From NCBI RefSeq assembly GCF_000002075.1, contig NW_004797676.1:567853-631852 (forward strand): a stretch of DNA of 64,000 nt. The letters are read 5' to 3'. The notes beneath the pieces are model-generated. The model was not told the origin of the DNA. It made no database searches and worked only from the letters and a program-made list of their open reading frames with translations. The position numbers and the translations under genes were made by a program. Below, piece by piece: positions 61,801 through 64,000 of this stretch (position 1 is the stretch's first letter; every line of letters starts with the position of its first letter). The stretch is from Aplysia californica (Eukaryota).

Positions 61801-62982
61801 AACGCCTTCCACCCTTCTCTATCCTGGGCTAGCCTCTTGATGTTATTCCATGTCTTCCAACTTTTCTGTACTTTGATTTCTGTGATTCTTCTCCTGGTTC
61901 TACGTGGTCTTCCCCTTGATCTCTTTCCCTGTGGGTTCCAGTCCAAAATCTGTCTCTTGGGTATGAATAAATCTGAAGAGTTTGATTCCTGATTAATGCA
62001 TGTTGTTCACCAGTATTGTTTGTACTTGAAACAGAATTTATTTGATTAAATGATCACTGATTGTTTCTGAGAGGGTGATGTTTGTCTGTCCTCCAGCATG
62101 ATGAATAGCTGTGGTGTGGAGGCCGCTGACGCTGATGTAGACCTGGACAGTATAGCTGAGGATGTGGCACTTCACCGAATAGTGCTGCACTTGGCTCGGT
62201 CAGTATGTCTCACCTTTTCACCTGAAAGGCCTGTGTGTGTCTCGTCACTAATAAGGCATTCAATTTGAACCACACCAAATTATGATGAATATCACATATG
62301 GATTAGAATTAACTCAGAAACCAACAAAAAGTCTTATTTTTTGTTTCTTTCCCCTTCTTGGATCATTTGGAAATGTTCCTGTTGTTTATTTAATTATTTT
62401 TTTTATTACTGTTTGTAAATTGTATTTTTTCAGCCATTGATTTTAAAAGGGAATGTTTTTTTTACCTAACAAGTGTCAAAAACTCCTTGGTGTATGTACC
62501 ACTTGTAGCCAGTTATTGGCATGTATGTGGCTGCTTGCAGACAATCACACTTACAGTTATGCTTTCTAAAGCTTTGACATACATTAAGATTTTGGTTAAT
62601 ACTAGGTACTGGTCAAGTTAAATACCCTATATGACTGCATTTAGATTGTACTGAATTAGAGTCAGTTGGTTCTGTATTGAAACACCTGGCCGAGATGAAA
62701 GACAAGGTAGCATCTTTTAATAAAGGCCATTGAATGCTTCTTAAAACCAGTTAACAGAAGTGTATAATGAAGTTTTTTTTTGTTTTACAAAATGGGTAAA
62801 TGTTTGTCCCTTTCTTTCAACATTATGTAGGAGTAGGAGGGGTTTGAAATTATACTGCCTGATTGTGATTCATGGACTTAATAATCTTTCTTTTATTCTG
62901 TCTACAGTTTCCCTGAGGTATTTGAAACATCTTTGTCCAGCCTGGAACCTCACCATATTGTTCAGTATTTATATCGTTTGTG
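40856..62982 (+). CDS. RARS2: Mitochondrial arginyl-tRNA synthetase, exons 1-18 (3'-incomplete)
   Basis: 18 phase-consistent exons; [24 protein letters not shown] (HIGH motif), [44 protein letters not shown] (KMSKS-like), [17 protein letters not shown]. Short 12-codon first exon and no long N-terminal extension favour the mitochondrial paralogue. Confidence 0.93.
40954..42519 (-). mobile_element. Family A SINE split by a 1.15-kb insertion
   Basis: Pieces ~40954-41025, 41105-41219 and 42379-42519; CAGAACA duplicated at 41213-41219 and 42372-42378. Confidence 0.8.
41220..42371. mobile_element. Mutator-like element, core TATTCGGACTCGAGTCCGAATA, with a nested MITE at 42115-42366
   Basis: Palindromes at 41233-41258 and ~42086-42107; inner TIR AGAAGAATACCGGAC / GTCCGGTATTCTTC. 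Confidence 0.65.
42600..43142. mobile_element. Mutator-like MITE with 9-bp TSD
   Basis: AAATCCAAA at 42591-42599 and 43143-43151; repeated GCTATTCRGACTCGAGTCCGAATAGC units at both ends. Confidence 0.8.
43490..44030 (+). mobile_element. RTE-like LINE 3' fragment with a nested retroposon tail (43701-43802)
   Basis: [38 protein letters not shown]; nested piece bounded by TSD TTCTAAGAATGC. Confidence 0.75.
44581..44947 (-). mobile_element. Family A SINE, degenerate
   Basis: Reverse-complement match to 34319-34740, B-box region deleted. Confidence 0.8.
45451..45563 (+). CDS. RARS2: RARS2 exon 2
   Basis: ttttacag / gtaagt; [14 protein letters not shown]. Confidence 0.78.
45612..45935 (+). mobile_element. 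tRNA-derived SINE (family B), CORE-like centre and L2-like tail
   Basis: GTTCGAG; GTTGTGCCCTTGGGAAAGGCACTTTAC..CCAGGTGGAAATGGGTACC; tail GCGCTATACAAATGC..TTATTA. Confidence 0.7.
45950..46225 (+). mobile_element. RTE/BovB-like reverse-transcriptase fragment
   Basis: [23 protein letters not shown]. Confidence 0.75.
46612..46684 (+). CDS. RARS2: RARS2 exon 3
   Basis: ctatcag / gtgagt; [11 protein letters not shown]. Confidence 0.75.
46955..47330 (-). mobile_element. Non-LTR retrotransposon 3' end (C-terminal CCHC)
   Basis: [20 protein letters not shown]; (TTAC)n tail. Confidence 0.75.
47687..47761 (+). CDS. RARS2: RARS2 exon 4
   Basis: ttttcag / gtaaaa; [13 protein letters not shown]. Confidence 0.82.
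48499..48587 (+). CDS. RARS2: RARS2 exon 5
   Basis: [18 protein letters not shown]. Confidence 0.9.
49854..49993 (+). CDS. RARS2: RARS2 exon 6 (HIGH motif)
   Basis: [27 protein letters not shown]. Confidence 0.95.
50442..50518 (+). CDS. RARS2: RARS2 exon 7
   Basis: [18 protein letters not shown]. Confidence 0.92.
51494..51602 (+). CDS. RARS2: RARS2 exon 8
   Basis: [14 protein letters not shown]. Confidence 0.92.
52766..52839 (+). CDS. RARS2: RARS2 exon 9
   Basis: [25 protein letters not shown]. Confidence 0.9.
54078..54181 (+). CDS. RARS2: RARS2 exon 10
   Basis: [15 protein letters not shown]. Confidence 0.92.
54211..55076. mobile_element. pogo/Tigger-like MITE
   Basis: TA|CAGTCGAACC ... 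GGTTCGACTG|TA; internal repeat CATTTTCCATCTTAG near both ends. Confidence 0.8.
56159..56254 (+). CDS. RARS2: RARS2 exon 11
   Basis: [12 protein letters not shown]. Confidence 0.93.
56945..57005 (+). CDS. RARS2: RARS2 exon 12
   Basis: [20 protein letters not shown]. Confidence 0.93.
57802..57878 (+). CDS. RARS2: RARS2 exon 13 (GC donor)
   Basis: [25 protein letters not shown]; AAG|gcaag. Confidence 0.85.
58324..58457 (+). CDS. RARS2: RARS2 exon 14
   Basis: [27 protein letters not shown]. Confidence 0.94.
59793..59971. mobile_element. Short pogo/Tigger-like MITE
   Basis: TA|CAGTGGAGTC ... GACTCCACTG|TA. Confidence 0.75.
60295..60362 (+). CDS. RARS2: RARS2 exon 15
   Basis: [22 protein letters not shown]. 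Confidence 0.92.
60867..60976 (+). CDS. RARS2: RARS2 exon 16
   Basis: [26 protein letters not shown]. Confidence 0.94.
61755..61960 (-). mobile_element. RTE-like LINE 3' fragment
   Basis: [23 protein letters not shown]. Confidence 0.75.
62097..62198 (+). CDS. RARS2: RARS2 exon 17
   Basis: MMNSCGV..IVLHLA. Confidence 0.88.
62908..62982 (+). CDS. RARS2: RARS2 exon 18
   Basis: [24 protein letters not shown]. Confidence 0.92.
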
Positions 62983-64000
62983 GTGAGTACCGTATATATT
63001 TATAATTTATGTGTAGGCTAGCTTTTATGTTCTGAATTTTTATCCACATGTGAATGTTTTCCTCATGAATTGTCTTTGAGGGGGAAAACCTTGATGTAGA
63101 TTTCTTGTCTCAATTTTGTCTTGTAATAAGAGGTCCTGGCGTTTGATTCCTTTTTGACTCTCACACTTATTAATTGACTTCGTTGTTCTAAGGATCTGAC
63201 TTAGAATACTTAGATCATTTTGTAGGTAAGCTGCTTTGATAATACCTGTCAGGCCAAATTTGGGCTGCATAGGTAGTTACATTATCAGCAGAAAGATGGA
63301 GGTACTGTCAAACCAGCTCTAATGGCCACCAGTCAAAGAGCAAAATTTGATAATTTTTTGCATAATTTCTTATTTTCCTTTATCATTCTTTGTTAAAATT
63401 AACAGAATCGACTAATTTCACCATTTGGGCTCAGTTTGCATAATTTCAGAATTTTTCTTGCACCATACAAATGACTGTGCCACTCCCACTTTGCCCTCTT
63501 GCGGTTTCCAAAAAAGATATATTAAAATGACACTGTCCAAGATGTTCACCTGACTAAGACAACCTCTTTTCTCCATGACAATGGGTGGCGGTCTTGGACA
63601 GTTTCGACCATACCTGCTAAAATATCTCTCTAGTGTGGGAGACTTGTGTGCAAAGCTTAGTCTAAGTTCAAGCATTCCACCTCACAGTCTGATGATTTTT
63701 TTCCATATTTTATGTATCAATCCAATCTCTTGTGCTGCAAAATATGTTTTAGAGTGCAAACTGTTACCCATTCTCCGTTTTTTTCCAGTGAAATGATGGG
63801 TCTAAATTTTATGTAATACGAATTGCTCTACTGGTACCCCAGTTGGAATGGTGACTTTTAAAACCTGACATGAACCTCTTCCACACCTGTGCCACACCCG
63901 TCGTTTAGCTGGGGTTTTCATTTTAGTGCTGCACTAAAATTCGGCCAGCGTGGAACCATTTTTTCTGACTTTCTTCAAGCAGCAAATTAAGATGGAGGTG

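Overview
AT-rich, intron- and transposon-rich animal nuclear DNA with two assembly gaps. It is an invertebrate; a gastropod mollusc is my low-confidence guess from the repeat types. I built three conserved spliced genes by hand, with consistent splice phases: the 3' five exons of GPATCH3 (+, 3425-10429), a complete MAF1 (-, CDS 27062-39055, about 247 aa) and exons 1-18 of mitochondrial arginyl-tRNA synthetase RARS2 (+, 40856-62982, continuing past the window). An unidentified spliced + strand gene lies at about 15046-18845. MAF1 and RARS2 are head-to-head across a ~0.7 kb promoter with a ZNF143/Staf-type site and a YY1-type uATG motif in each direction. Mobile DNA includes two decayed mariners, pogo/Tigger-like and piggyBac-like MITEs, a tRNA-derived SINE family (several nested copies), LINE fragments, P-like footprints, and Mutator-like MITEs with palindromic subterminal cores clustered around the MAF1/RARS2 promoter. 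Best leads: a ~140-nt multibranched RNA module in a MAF1 intron, an antisense SINE with intact Pol III boxes inside MAF1, the palindrome-core MITE cluster, and the orphan gene. Family assignments come from recalled motifs; no searches were run.
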